The notes: generated by a model from the sequence alone, not told the origin. A stretch of 64,000 nt of DNA from Neocallimastix sp. 'constans' (GCA_050613775.1 JBODTK010000112.1:248001-312000), one strand, 5' to 3'. Shown: positions 43,729-57,983, numbered from the stretch's first letter. A program made the numbers and translations.

Positions 43729-44375
43729 AATTGAAAAACAAAAACAAAAACAAAAAACAAAACAAAAAATTACACACAAAAATATAAATATATATAATGC
43801 TATAAAAAAAATTATTAAAAAATAGACATATATATATTATTTTCTTTATATTTTTATTAAATTTTTATAATATTCTTATTTTTATTTTTTTTATTATTTT
43901 ATTTTTTTTTTTTAAAAAAAAAAAAGGATTAGAATTTAAATTCGATTTTTATTTTTATTTTTATTTTTTAATTTTTATTTTTATTTTTATTTTTTTTTGT
44001 TTTGTTTTGTTTTTCATTTATCATTATCATTTTATTTTTATTACTATTTAATTAATGTTAATTATTTTTAAATTAATAAGTAGTATGAAAAAATAAATAA
44101 AAATTAATAATAATGGTAATTTTGAAATTAAAATAATATAAATAATATATAAAATATAAAATATTAAAAATAAAAAATTAGTAAATAAATAAATAAATAA
44201 ATAATAAAGCAATTAAAAATAATAAAATTAATAAATTCTTGACATGAATTAAAATTAATAATTCATATTAAATATCTCTTTATTATTTTTATTTTGTTTA
44301 ATTTTTATTTTATTATTATTAGAGTTCATAAATTTTTAAATACAAATTCTTTTTTTTATTATTTATTATATTATG

Positions 44376-44601
44376 CTCTCTCTCCCTTTACGTATTGTAG
44401 GAGATAAAGATAATATCATCATGGGTTAGATTATACTGTTAGGAACTGGAGAAGTACTCTGAAAAAAAATCTGCTAGAAAATTCTCAGTAATAATAAGCA
44501 TGTCAGAGCGCCATTGCTGAATTCCTCAGTATGGCTGCCGAGCAGGGACATTTCTGCCTATATACAAGTGTTGCCACTATCTCAATATTTCACACCTGAA
44601 A

Positions 44602-44640
<39 letters not shown>

Positions 44641-45895
44641 ATTTAGAAAAATTAAGAAAATTTTCAACTATTAATAATAATTTTGTACGACAGAAATCTG
44701 GTAATTTTTTTTTTTTTCAATAGATTATTATTACTCTGTCATTTATATCATAATTCTCAATGATATCATTTTCTAGGTCTCTTCCATTATCAATTAATTA
44801 GGAAATTTGGATTCCTTTTTTTTTTTTTTTTTTTTTTTTTTTTGTTTTTGTTTTGTTTTGTTTTGTTTTGTTTTCGTTTTTGTTTTTGTTTTTGTTTTTG
44901 TTTTTTTTTTCCAAATTCATGCACTTTTCCTTTTGTAATCATTATTAAGATAAAGATTCTTATTGTTTTAATACATATACATATATTAATATTAATTTAT
45001 AAAAATTTATAAAGAGAAGGTTTTTTTTTTGAAAATAAATTATTTAAATAATTATTGAAAGATTTTGATGTATTATTATAATAATTCTTTTTCAATAAAG
45101 CTTTTTCATTTCATTTGATTTTTTACCATTTAATTATTTATCCAAAGTCCTTTGATTTCTTTAGTCCATGAGTAATGAGACATAGTAAGAATATTATCAG
45201 TGAGATGATTAATAATATATGATGAGCTTTTCCATTTTCTAAAGCAGCATAATAGAGATATAGCATATTCTCAATTCACGAGTAATATCATAGAGACTAA
45301 CATAAGAATTACGAGATTTAAATCCATAACTCCAATATAAAGTCCTCTATTAATAATTTTTTGAGCTTTAGAGCATCTCCTCTTAATTGAACCAAATAGA
45401 GGAGCGTAATATAAAACAAGACAAAGAATAAATGAAATTAAAATATATTTCTTCAATGGAAGAGGAATAGATTTATCAATAAGAAATCGAAAGTACGAAC
45501 TTAACTTGACATTTAATTTACTGTTTAATTTGGATTGTATAGGTTTCAATGATAAAGATTTATCAAAAGGAATACCAAAATAAGTATAGTTGTCAGTTTT
45601 AGGTAATTTGTTACGACCAATAAAGAAATATGGATCTTCGTAATTTATCGATTTAACAAAGTTAATCGGTTTTTCAACAAAAGTAGCACACTTATTAATT
45701 CCAAAAAATTTCATTCTTAATAGCCCATTTATGAACCTTCATCAAAATTTTCTTAAGAGCTTGTTTAGATGGAAGCAACTAAAACAATATCATCGGCAAA
45801 AAGTCCACTACAACAATATTGAAATTCTAAATATACACCATACTTATTACAATTATCCAGTACATCATTAATGAACAAATTGTATAAAATAGCAT
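44376..45895 (-). mobile_element. Degenerate 5'-truncated LINE copy 3 (RT C-half to 3' end), same family
   Basis: Minus-strand ILYNLFINDVLD...CCSGLFADDIVLVA (RT catalytic motif, ~45780-45890), FGINKCA and YTYFGIPF. KWKSSSYIINHL..HYSWTKE matches copy 1 KWNKSNCIIK..YYSWTKE. Confidence 0.9.
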
Positions 45896-46531
45896 TTAAT
45901 ACAATTTAATCCTTTTTTTTTTTTTTTTTTACTCAAAAATTTTAAAACCTATTGAATACCTAATAAATAAATAAAAATTTAAGTTCTCAATAATATCGGT
46001 TATAAAAAAAAAGAAAAAAAAATATTGAATACTTTAATTCTCTATAATAACAATATTAATATTATTATTAATACTGTTATTTCTGTATCAATTTTATTTT
46101 TTATTATAATATTATAATATTATTTATTACTATTTACTATTTATTAATATTATTACACTCTCTTTTAATTATTATTTATTTATTTATTTATTTATTATTA
46201 TTACTATTATTATTTTTTTAATTATTAAAAATACTCGTAACAAATTATTAAAAAAAAAGTTTGTAAAATATTATTTAAACATTATAAATAAATAAATAAA
46301 TAAATAAATAAAGTCTAGTAAATTATATAAAAATATAATAATATAAAAAATAATAATAGTTATTTTTTATATTATTATTTTTATTTTAATTTTAATTTTA
46401 ATTTTATCTCTTTATTTTTGTTTTTATTTTTATTTTATTTTATTTTAGCTTTTTTTTTTTCTTTATTTATTTATTTTTAATTTTTTTCTTTTTTTCTTTT
46501 TTTTTTTTTTTTTTTTTTTTTTTTATTAAAT

Positions 46532-48203
46532 CTATGAAAGTTGATTAGGATATTTCTTATTACTTGGCTTCTTCTTCTTTCTAGCAGCAATTTCAATTCT
46601 TCTTTGATTATTTCTTAATTTATTTCTTTCTTCTTTAGTTTTCATTTTACAGTATGGAATTTCATCTATTTGGAAAATAGATCTAAGATCATCGTTACCA
46701 TAACCTAATAAAGTCTTCCAATAATAAGTATTTTCATGTTCTTGATATTCGGCAAATTCCTCATTTCTTTTATTTAAATTTATTCTATGTTCATCCGTAA
46801 ATTTATTTAATTTATGAACTAAATCCTTCCAATTACTGAAATAAGTTACATGTGGAGCAATATAAGGATCGAAACATTCAAAAATCATGGACATTTGATC
46901 TATTCTAAGGTCAAGATATCTTTCATAAGTTGACATTTCAATTTTTCCTGGATATTTACCATTAAGTTCTTGAAGAAATTCTCTTGTTGGAACAAATATC
47001 GCAACACCATTACAAATATTTTCCATAAGTGAATGAGGTGCTGGAGTATATGGTAAATGAACAATTGCCTTGTATTTTGAAAGAACTTCAGGACCTCCAT
47101 AATCATAATCAAGAATCTCATATTTAATTCCGGCCTTTTGGAATGCATCAATAAGTAATTTTTCTTGGAAATAACGATTAAATACAGCCATAGTTTGATT
47201 AGTTTTTGGATTCGATTCAGCAAGAGTTTGAATATATGAATTTTTAATACTTGGAGAATAAACAGAAGATCGTATATTAACATATTTTGTAATATCTAAT
47301 CCACGTTCACAAGCTTCATAAAGATAAGCTCTATATGGTACAACTACTATAACTTTTTCAGTACTGAGAGCTTTTTTAAATAAATTAGTAAAACTTTCTT
47401 TTTCATCTTCAGGTACAAATTCATCATATCTAAATTACATATTAAAAAAAAAAAAAAAAAGAATTCAATGAATAAATAAAAATATATTAAATTTATTATT
47501 TAATATATATTTTTATTTTATTTATTATTATTTATATAAATTTTATAATGATAAAAAAAAATTTTTTTTTTCATAATTATAAATATATAAAAATATACTT
47601 ACGGTCTTGTTAAGTGTAAAATAATTTTAGCCTTACAATTAGCCTTAATAAAGGTTCTAGCCTCATATAAAACATCTGAAAATATTAAGTAGTCATAACT
47701 TTTACACATTTTTTCAACTTCTGCATTACAATTTTTATTTCCTGGTTCACAAATTTTAATATTTTTCTATAAATGGATAATGTATTTATAAATTTATATG
47801 ATATTTATTTAAGAATATTTTTTTTTTTACACCTTTTATAATATTATTATAATTCAATTTAAATCAAAAAAATTTATATTCATATATTATGTAAATTATA
47901 TATATTTACATCCATTCTATCAACTTGTGTTAATGTGAAACCAAATTTACTAGCATATTTTCTTATTTCGGTTTTTGGATTTATTTGTGTTGCAAAATGG
48001 AAGATATTTTTTCTTTCTTTCATTTTTGGAGTGAAGCTAAGCTCTCTATTTGGTCCATATAAATTTAAATTAATATCTGGTTTGAACTTTTCAGGTTCCT
48101 TTTTTTTCACTGAAAGCTTTGAGAAAAGCTTAAATATAATAAATAAGCTTATAGCATATATTATTAATCTTTTAAATTTACTTGTATATACCATACGAGC
48201 CAT
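46532..48203 (-). CDS. Type II membrane protein, putative GT-B glycosyltransferase-like; exons 48203-47910, 47766-47603, 47429-46532; 451 aa
   Basis: Basic N-terminus followed by one hydrophobic segment (LIIYAISLFIIFKLF). GT-AG introns in phases 0 and 2 give a continuous ORF. YGGPEVLSKYKAIVHLPY...SLMENICNGVAIFVPT resembles a GT-B donor-binding motif. Gene model is solid; function is tentative. Confidence 0.75.
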
Positions 48204-50255
48204 TTTAAGTATTCATTTAAAATAACAAAAAAAAAAAAAATAAAATAAAAAAAAGATAAGATATGAAAGAGAATTTATTCTATATTTTTTTTTATTATAC
48301 TATTTATATTTATTTATTTATTTTTTTTTTTGTTATTAATATTAATTTTTTATATTTTTTTATTGTTCTATTAAATATATTTAAAATATAAATTATTATA
48401 TTAATTAATAAATTATTTAGTTAAATTGATAGGTAATTTTTATTTTATTTATATTTTTTAATTATTTCATTATATTCTATTAATATAAAATATTTAAATT
48501 TTAATCAAAATTTTCTATTATTTAATCTTCAAATTATTTTTATAAACAAAAAAAAAAAAAAAAAAAAAAAAGAGAGAGATTTTATTAAAAATAATGTTTA
48601 CACTTTTATTAAAAAAAGGAATTATATTTTTATTACTTTGTTATTTTAATTTTTAAAATTTATATTTATTTCTTTTCTATCTATTTCTTTTTCTTCCTAT
48701 TTTTAATGTATAAAAACTCTAATAGATTTTATTAATATTTATCAATAAAAATTTGTTATTTATTTTTATATTTTCGTTGTATCGAATATACTCCAATTTT
48801 GTTTTATTTAATTTAATTATGAATCTTATAAATTATTTTAAAGATGAAAAAAAAAAAAGTTTTTTATTTATTATTTTTTTTAATTATTGACTTTAAAATA
48901 ATATATATATTCATTTTTTTTTTATAATGTATATGTATATATAAGTAATATTTGATAATTTTTATTTATTCGTCCATTAATTTATATATTTGACTATTTA
49001 TTTATTTAACTATTAATTTATTTAGCTATTTATATCTATTTACTTATTTATTAATTCATTATTTATTTATTTATTTGTATGTTTATATATATATTTTTTT
49101 ATTTATTATTTATTTATATTATTTATTACTAATGTGTATTTTTATTCAAAATCTTTTGTATTGGCATATTTAATTAATAAATTAAATAAATTAAAATATA
49201 AAGTTTTTGAGATAATTTTATTAATATTATATATAATAATATATAATTAATAAAGTCAATAAATATAGTTAATTGTATATATTATAATTTATATATAAAT
49301 ATATCTATGTATAATATTATAAACGAGGTTAATTATTTAATTAAGTGAAAAAAAATAAATCTTATTTCTAAAAATGTATATTAAAATAATCAAGTTACCA
49401 ATGAATTTTCAGTGTGGTTTAAAACATTTATTGCCAAATTTTTATAATTCAATTAAATAAAGTTTTAATTAATAAAATTAAATTCAATATAATGAATATA
49501 ATGTAATATATTAGTTAATATATTAAATGTTCTATCAAATATTCTTTAATGGAATGGAGCCAAAATTGTTAAATATTAAGTTCATTTATTTATCTCTTAT
49601 TCAGGACCTCTAAAAGAGAGAGAGATAAATATCAATAAAATGAAATAAAATAACACATACGTACATATATATAAACACACATATATAAACAAACATAAGT
49701 AAAATTTTAATTATAAAATAAAAAAAAATAATTAATGTACAAAAATTACATATAATATATATTGTATAAATTAGTAATAATAAAGTAAAAATGATATTAA
49801 AAAATTTATGTTAATTATGGATTATTTTTTATTTTTTATATTTAATGAAATAATATAAAATAGAGTTTTATATAATAACTTTGAATTTATATAGAATAGT
49901 TGTATGACTTTTGAACTGAAAAATTTAAATGAATTTAGTGTAAAATAAATTACAGAATAAGTTTCTTTTATATATTATTAAATAAATAAACAAAATATTG
50001 TATTAATAATATGAATATTTTTAATTAAGGAATAAAGAAAATATAATTGTAATTGTAATATAGAAATAATTAGATTTTTAATATTTAAAAGTATATTTCC
50101 ATTTTTTATTATTAAATTATATATCATGCACAAGAAGTTTTATTATTAAATAAAAAAAAATTAAATATTCAAAAACATGCATAATAAGTTTTATTAAAAA
50201 AATATATAAAAGATTTAAAAACTTTTTTTTAATTATTATTTTTTTTATGTAAATA

Positions 50256-50344
50256 TTTTATTTTGATATTATTAGATCAGGATTTTAATTCTAAAATGTT
50301 GACTAGCTACACAATTCTTACAAACAATTTTATTACCAGTAATT
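50256..50344 (-). pseudogene. Duplicated 3' end of the LIM gene (last ~17 codons plus 3' UTR start)
   Basis: Direct-repeat copy of ~50731-50827 with a few substitutions, a 1-nt frameshift before the stop and a small deletion in the UTR part. Confidence 0.88.
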
Positions 50345-50772
50345 ATTATTTTTTTTTTTAAAAAATATTATTTTAAACCTTTAACATATTAAAAAAAAAG
50401 ATTTTCTAATTTTTTAAAAATATTAATAATTATGTAATAAAAATTACAATAAAAATTAAAATACATAAAAATTTTGTATAGTAACCTTTCATACATACAC
50501 AACACCAATGTACATTAATAATAAAAAAAAATTCTTTTTAAAAATAAATATAATTTACTTTTATAATATAAATTTTATTATAATTTTTTATTAATCATAT
50601 AAATTAATATTATATATTAATAAATAAGTTTTATCGTTACTTTTACCTTAAGGGATAATTAATTAATAAATATATAAGTATTAAGTATTAAGAATATTAA
50701 AGTATTTTAAATAATTATATAAAAATTTGATTTTATTTTGATATTATTAATTATTAGATCAGGTTTTTAATT

Positions 50773-52943
50773 CTAAAATGCTTGACTAGCTACACAATTC
50801 TTACAAACAACATTATTACCCGTAATTTGGAAGTATTTAGTAATATCATCATTTTCATTTGCCATCAAATTAGATACTGGATTCTTACAACAGGTACAAT
50901 AAACATGATTGGCATGGTAAAACTTATCTCCTACTTTTGTTCTCTTATCCATAATTTTACTTTTGCAGTAGTCGCACTCAGTGGCAATTTTATAATGATT
51001 AGCGCAATATGGCATACCATCTAATTCATAAAAGGAGGTAGAAGAAAATGGTTCATTACAAACCTTTTAAGGTATATATTAATATAAACAATTTTTATAT
51101 ACATAATGCATATTCCAATCAGTATATTGGTATTGTAAAATTTATAAAAAAAAAAATAAAAAATAAAAATAAAAAAAAAAAAAAACATTATTATTATAGT
51201 TTCATTTCTATACTTTTTTTTTTTTTTAATAATAATATATTTATTTATGATCATAGTATTTAAAATTCTTACATTACAAACAAAACAATCAACATGCCAT
51301 GGTTTTTCTAAAGCAGTAATATAACCTCCACTAAGAATTGGTTCATTACATTTTGAACATTTTATTCCAAATAATCTTTGATAATCTTTATGACAATATG
51401 GTTTACCATCTTTTTCTTCTATGATACCATTACCTAATGGTTCATGACATTCAGTACAACAGAAATGTTGTGGATGCCAGTTTTTACTCATTGCTGTGAT
51501 GTATTCCTATTTTATAAATAAAAATTTTTTTAGTTATAATGTTCAAGAATTGATATTTATGTAATATATAGTTTTTATAAATTATTTTATTTTAATATTT
51601 TAATTATTACCCCATCAATATATTGATTACAGAAGGCACATTTTATACCACATTGATTATTATAACAATTTATACAGAATAAATTGTCATCTACAACTTG
51701 ATAAGCTTCATTACAAAGAGATTTGTTACAACTTGAACATAAGAAATGTCTTTGATGATAGAATTTATTATTAGCTTTAACCATTGTTCCTGCAATTGTT
51801 TCATGACAAAATGCACAAGTAGATTTTGTAGTATTAGAACTTGAATTTTGATTACTATTATTAGTGTTACTTTTTGGAGCTGATGTTGGTGTTGGAGTTG
51901 GTTCTTGTGGTTTTGATTGTACAGGAGCTGGAACTGGAGCTGGAGCTGGTTCTTGTGGTTTTGATTGTACAGGAGCTGGAGCTGGAACTGGAGCTGGTGT
52001 TGGTTCTTGTGGTTTTGATTGTACAGGAGCTGGAGTTTTGGCTTGAGATGGTTGAGTAGCAAGAAGATTACCTGAACTTGCTCTTGGAGCTAGTGGATTT
52101 GTACCAAGTAAATTACCTGAACTTCCCCTTGGAGCGAGTGGATTTGAACCAAGAAGATTACCTGAACTTCCTCTAAGAAGATTATTTGTACTTCCTCTTG
52201 GAGCAAGAGGATTTGATGAAAGAGAGGAAGTACTTTTTCCAACATTACTACGTGATAGTTTTAAATGATCATTAATATTTTTTGATAAATCTTCAATATC
52301 TTCATTTAATTTTTCAACTTCATTATCACTAATCATTTTATTTTCAGTGGTTGATTCTTTCTTATTTTGATCAACATAAATAGTTTTATGTGGATCGTAA
52401 TCCTCATTGGTATCTATTTTTATTTTTATTTTATTGAATTTTTTTTTTTTTTCGGTAAATTGTATAAATATTTATTTAAATTTTTTAGAGTATTTTTTAT
52501 TTTTTTATTAAAAAAGTAAAATAATATATAAAATAATATAATAATAATTACTTGTCGTTGATGGGGTATTATAAATTGTTTTTGCATTATGTATTTTTTC
52601 AGTAGTTGAAGAATCGTTATTAATTTCTGAGCCAACACTAATACTACTATTATTTCTACTATTTTGTTGATTTTGTGGTCTTAATGGATTAGTATTTGGT
52701 CTTAATGGGTTGTATGCTAACTTCTTCTTTGGATCAGTAGAAGTTGAACGTGAAGCTATTTAATTTTTTATTAAAACAATTTTTTTTTTTTTTTTTCATT
52801 TTTTATTCCAATTATTAAGATAATTTTTTATTCCAGATTTTAAATTAATATTTAATTTGAAATTAGTAATAAATTTTTAGTTTCATTAATCAATTATTAT
52901 TTTATTAATAAATATTTATCTAATATTTACCAGCAGAATCCAT
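50773..52943 (-). CDS. Paxillin-like protein with four C-terminal LIM domains; exons 52943-52931, 52755-52552, 52413-51611, 51506-51273, 51063-50773; 514 aa
   Basis: Four CX2C-Xn-HX2(H/C)X2CX2C-Xn-CX2(C/D/H) LIM units. All introns are GT-AG with consistent phases (1,1,0,0). Pro-rich repeat linker. The 13-nt first exon is less certain. Confidence 0.9.
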
Positions 52944-53551
52944 TTTTTTTTTTCTTTTTGTTTCTTTTTTGCTTAAATATTTTTAATATTTGTTTAAATA
53001 TTTTTATTACAATATTTAATTATTACTTTTAACAAATTAATATAGAGTTTATATAAATTAAATAAACTAACTATATAAATTTTTTTTTTTAAAAAAAAAT
53101 AATAATTTTAAGAGAAAAAAGTATTACTTTATATAAAGTTTTACTAAAATTACTCTATTTTTATTCTAATAAATTTAGTAAAGCTATTAAGAAATTTTAA
53201 TAAATTAAAACCATATAAAGCTTACATATAAAGATAAAAATTTTTATAATTAAATATAAATGAAAACTCTAAAGTTTAGTAAGTTTCTTAACTTAATATA
53301 ATTAATAAAATATTTGATAAAATAAAAATCATATTTTATACGTTTCATCAAATTAACTTCAAGGAAAATTAATTGACTTTTTTTATTCTTTTGTAATAAT
53401 TAAGCATTAATTTTTAAAAATATTGAATTACATTAAATTATGAATTATATACTAATTAAAATTTATATCATTGAATATTAAAATTTTAATGATATTAAAA
53501 GTATTCTAAAAATAAACTTTTTTAAATAAAGTTTCATATTACATATATAAA

Positions 53552-53582
<31 letters not shown>

Positions 53583-54323
53583 AAAGAAAACATATGCTTT
53601 TATTAATTAAAATTATATTGATTAAAGTTTTATAAGAGTATGTATGATAGTTATAAATACTTTTATAGCTTTTCTATATTTTTTAATTTTTATATATTTA
53701 TTATTGATTTAGTATAATATATGATTTTAGATTATGAAAATTTGATTAATGATAATGCATGTTTTTTTTTTTTTATTCTTCTTTTAATTTATTTTTTAAT
53801 AAATTTAAAAAAATACTTAAAAATTTTCATTTAATATATATTTAATATTAATTCATTTTTATTTATAATTCAAAATGTATTAAAATGTAATTATTTTATT
53901 GATATTTACCTCATCTTAGAATTAGTAATTTAAATTAACAATTTTACAATAATATATATATTTTTTAATATGTTTAAAAAATTTTTTTTTTAATTAGATT
54001 TTATATTCAATATTAAATACATTTGTATTTAATATAAATATGTTTTTATTTATAGTGCATAGTGAATAAAATTATAAAATTACAATTATTTTATTGATAT
54101 TAAACACATTTAAAATTATATAATAATTAGTATTTTAAATTAACAATTTTGCAATAATATTAATACATATAATATATGTTAATTTTATTTTTTTTTTATA
54201 TATTTTATTTATTTTATTATTGAAAGAATCGAAGATGCAAAAAAGTAAAATATAAAGAAAAAATAATTAATAAATTAATTAAATGATATAAAAAAAAAAT
54301 ATTGATTTGAAGTATTAATTATA

Positions 54324-54326
<3 letters not shown>

Positions 54327-54360
<34 letters not shown>

Positions 54361-54694
54361 CTATCCCTTGTAGGTCTTGATCATATCATCCCAGCCACAA
54401 CAGACAACTAATATCAGACAAACTTTATATCGGGTGTATCAGGATACAACAAAGTGCTCCCATGCCATACCATTTCGGCTTCGACGCTCTCAGTCACGGA
54501 TTACAGAACCACAAGATTTGAAGATGATGGATACGGCAAGCCACAACTACATACACTATAACATTATTATTTATTTACTACATTACCTTTCTCCAAATTA
54601 GGAAATCTATCCTAACACGTGATGAACACGCAGATACATTAACTAATGAGGATTTACAATACGCAGGAATCACCCCGCTTCAGGCAATGTATAC
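54327..54694 (-). mobile_element. Short retroposed LINE 3' end with poly(A) tail and 15-bp TSD
   Basis: ~30-nt T run at 54328-54357 (poly(A) on the - strand). GTATTAATTATATAT is duplicated at 54312-54326 and 54695-54709. Minus-strand TESVEAEMVWH resembles the ends of LINE copy 1 (TKSVDVVLIRH) and copy 2 (NECVNIYVTWY). Confidence 0.8.
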
Positions 54695-54799
54695 GTATTA
54701 ATTATATATTCTATATGTTAATTTAAAAAAATTATAATATTTTTAAACAATTTATAATTAAAATAATAATAAAAATATAATGTTTTAATAATCTTCTTC

Positions 54800-55694
54800 A
54801 TATTTTGTTTCTTCTGCATTGTTCGCATATGTATGTCCCTTTTTTGAATTTCATTTTTTATTGTGTATGAATATTTCTTTCTTTTAATATTTTTGTTTTT
54901 ATTTATGTTGCAATTTTTACCATTATTAATGTGGAGTTAATAATGGTAATTCTTATTATTATTTCTTTTGTTTGTATTAATGTGATTTATATTTTTATGT
55001 TTATTTTCTTCAGTGCTGCTAAACAAAGAATTTGTATTATATTGATTATTTTTATATTCCTTCAAGAATTTTAACTTTGGAATTATCTTATTTAGATGTG
55101 TACAACATCCTTCCCAATTATCATGATAGAATTATAATGTTAGTTGGGTGTATGAGTCGTAAGGTAACGATTTATAAAAATAATTATATTTTGCTTCGTC
55201 ACAGACCTCATTATTTAGATCTTCGAGTTTATTAAAAATATTTATCATATTTGACAAAAATAATTCAAAGTCGTTGTTTTTTTTTTTTAAAAGACATTGA
55301 TTCTAGTTCTCTTCTGTAATTTATTTTTCTTTGTTCCTCACTCTTTAGATAGGTACATTCAACCATCTTCCAAATTTGATTTTATTCTAAAATATATTTT
55401 AATATTGATTGAGTCATCATGATTAAGACTTATTATTCTTTTTGTTTTAGCATCATTTTTTATTTGTTTATTAGTAACATCTTTTACGTAGTTAAAGTCC
55501 TTAATGCACTTAATTTAAATACATCCTTCTTCATTATCGCTGTCTGATTTATGTATTATCTTTACATTATCATCATAAATATATGATTCTAGGTCATGCG
55601 AAACAAGTAACAGTTCCATATCAGTGACCTAACAAGGATAATTCTTTTTAGAAAATACTTTAACGTTGGATGAAATTATTAATGATTCATTCAT
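54800..55694 (-). mobile_element. Degenerate Ty1/copia gag fragment
   Basis: From ATG 55694: MNESLIISSNVKVFSKKNYPC*VTDMELLLVSHDLESYI (copia gag NY..W...M..L...DL pattern, Trp codon mutated to TAG). Then NDAKTKRII, QIWKMVE and KKGHTYANNAE. Confidence 0.7.
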
Positions 55695-56151
55695 TTTCTT
55701 TATCTTTTAGAACAACAAAATAATATATATAATTATTATATTGAATATTATTATACTGAATAATCAATAGATGATTTAATTGTAAATACTTCCGAATTTT
55801 AATATTAAAAACTCTTTATATAATATTATAAAACACTAGTAGAGTCTTAATATTTTAAAAACATTTTAATATAAATTACTAGAAAATTTTGAATAAAAAG
55901 TTTTATTTTTTATTTTATTTTATTTTTTTAAATTTCTTATAATATTATTTTTCATTGTTATTATTAAAAAAATTTTTAGGTAAAAGATCGAGTTGATTAT
56001 ATACTCTAAATCATATAATAATTGATTATCTTATAGGCTGTAGTATTTTGGTTGATTTAATAGCGGAATTTCTGTAAGATTCCCATAATTTAATTCTTAA
56101 TAAGGATTTCTTTTTTCTTATTCTATCTGCTAGTTGTTTATCTTAATAACC

Positions 56152-56217
<66 letters not shown>

Positions 56218-56266
56218 ATAATGTTTTCATAATCAATGATTGTGATACTTTATATAATTAAAACAG

Positions 56267-56392
56267 TTTCTTAATGAATTGCTTAATGTATTGAAATCAT
56301 TATCTTCATTTCTTAATGAATTGCTTAATGTATTGAAATTATTATCTTCATTTCTTAATGAAATGCTTAATGTATTGAAATCATTATCTTCA
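56267..56392. repeat. 42-bp tandem repeat x3
   Basis: tttcttaatgaattgcttaatgtattgaaatcattatcttca at 56267, 56309 and 56351. Confidence 0.93.
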
Positions 56393-56539
56393 ATTTTTAT
56401 TATCAATTTCAATTTGATGAAAAATAACCTGATCATCATTTGAATTAATTTCTTGAGGAATAAGTTTATTTCAAAATGAAATTAGATTTATTGCTTTTTA
56501 AGAATCCGTACCATTTTTAGAAATTAAAATGAAGAAGAT

Positions 56540-56584
<45 letters not shown>

Positions 56585-57336
56585 TTTTTTTATTGCATAT
56601 ATATTATATATGAATTTAATTTAAATAAAACATTTATATATATAAGTATTAATTTTGAGTATTTAATTTCATATATATTTCTTAATTGTGAAATTTAATA
56701 GCTAGCTCAAAAGTTAAATTTTAAATATTTTAAATTCCATAATATTAAATTTATAAAGTTGAAAAAACAAAATATTCAATATATTTGATAAAATCTTTAA
56801 ACTTTACTTCATGTTATTAAATTTAATATATATATATATATATTTTTTTTTAAAATAATTATTATACATCTTTATTATAAAATATATTTAAAATGAATAT
56901 ATATTTTTGAAAAAAAAAAAAAAAGAAAAAAGTAGTTTGATTAATTAATAATTAATAAATATTTATATCATATAAACTTATATATTTTAATTTTTAATTT
57001 TTTATTTTGAATTTTAATTATATTCTTTGGTTTTTAATATATATTTAAAAATTGATATTGGAGATGTTATTAATATTGTAGATGTAATTAATGAATTAAA
57101 ATTTTATTCTTTAAATTATATATATATATAAAATATTATTAATTTATTAAATATAATAATATTTAATTAATATAATTTATAATATTATAAAATTATTAAA
57201 AAATCAAATAAAGTTGAGGTTTGAGTGAAGTTAAATAAAAAAGTAAAAAAAAAAAAAAAAATTTGTAATTATAAAATAATAATAAAAAACTAATTTAAAT
57301 ATTTATTTTGATATATATTTTTAATAAATAAATATA

Positions 57337-57399
<63 letters not shown>

Positions 57400-57424
57400 A
57401 TATCTATATATATAAATAAATATA

Positions 57425-57455
<31 letters not shown>

Positions 57456-57983
57456 ATATGTATATATATATATTTATGATATATTAAAAATTGTTATTAA
57501 CATGTATAATAATTTCAATTTTTTTTTTGTATATATATATATATATATATTTTTATAATACATTATTAAAAATAAAATAAATATATGATATGAAAAAAAA
57601 AAAAAAAAAAAAAAAAAACATTAAGATTTAAAATTTGAAATAAATAATTAAATAAATAAATATTAACTTTTTAATAAAAAAGTACATAAGTAAACGAACA
57701 AACACATAAATATATAAATATATAAATATATAAATAAATTAATAAATAAATAAATAAATAAATAGATAAATAAAAGAAATTGAATAAATAAAAAAATAAA
57801 TAAATAAATAAATAAACTATAATAATTATAATTAAAAAAATTGGTTTTCTATACAAATAAATTTTAAAATAAGAAAATAGATTTTAAACGAATTAATTTA
57901 ATATATCATTTAATTAATATATACTATTTGTAATAAAAATTAATTAAATATATGAAAAGAAAAAAAAAAAAAAACTTTTTTTC

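Noticed and set aside
42552..43825. Antisense and alternate-frame ORFs over the XRN1 tail (likewise over the bZIP, LIM, GT-like and orphan genes)
   Set aside because: Shadows of low-complexity coding sequence.
45271..45714. 147-aa ORF as a host gene (likewise 16851-17054, 19246-19428, 22937-23185)
   Set aside because: Fragments of frameshifted LINE ORFs.
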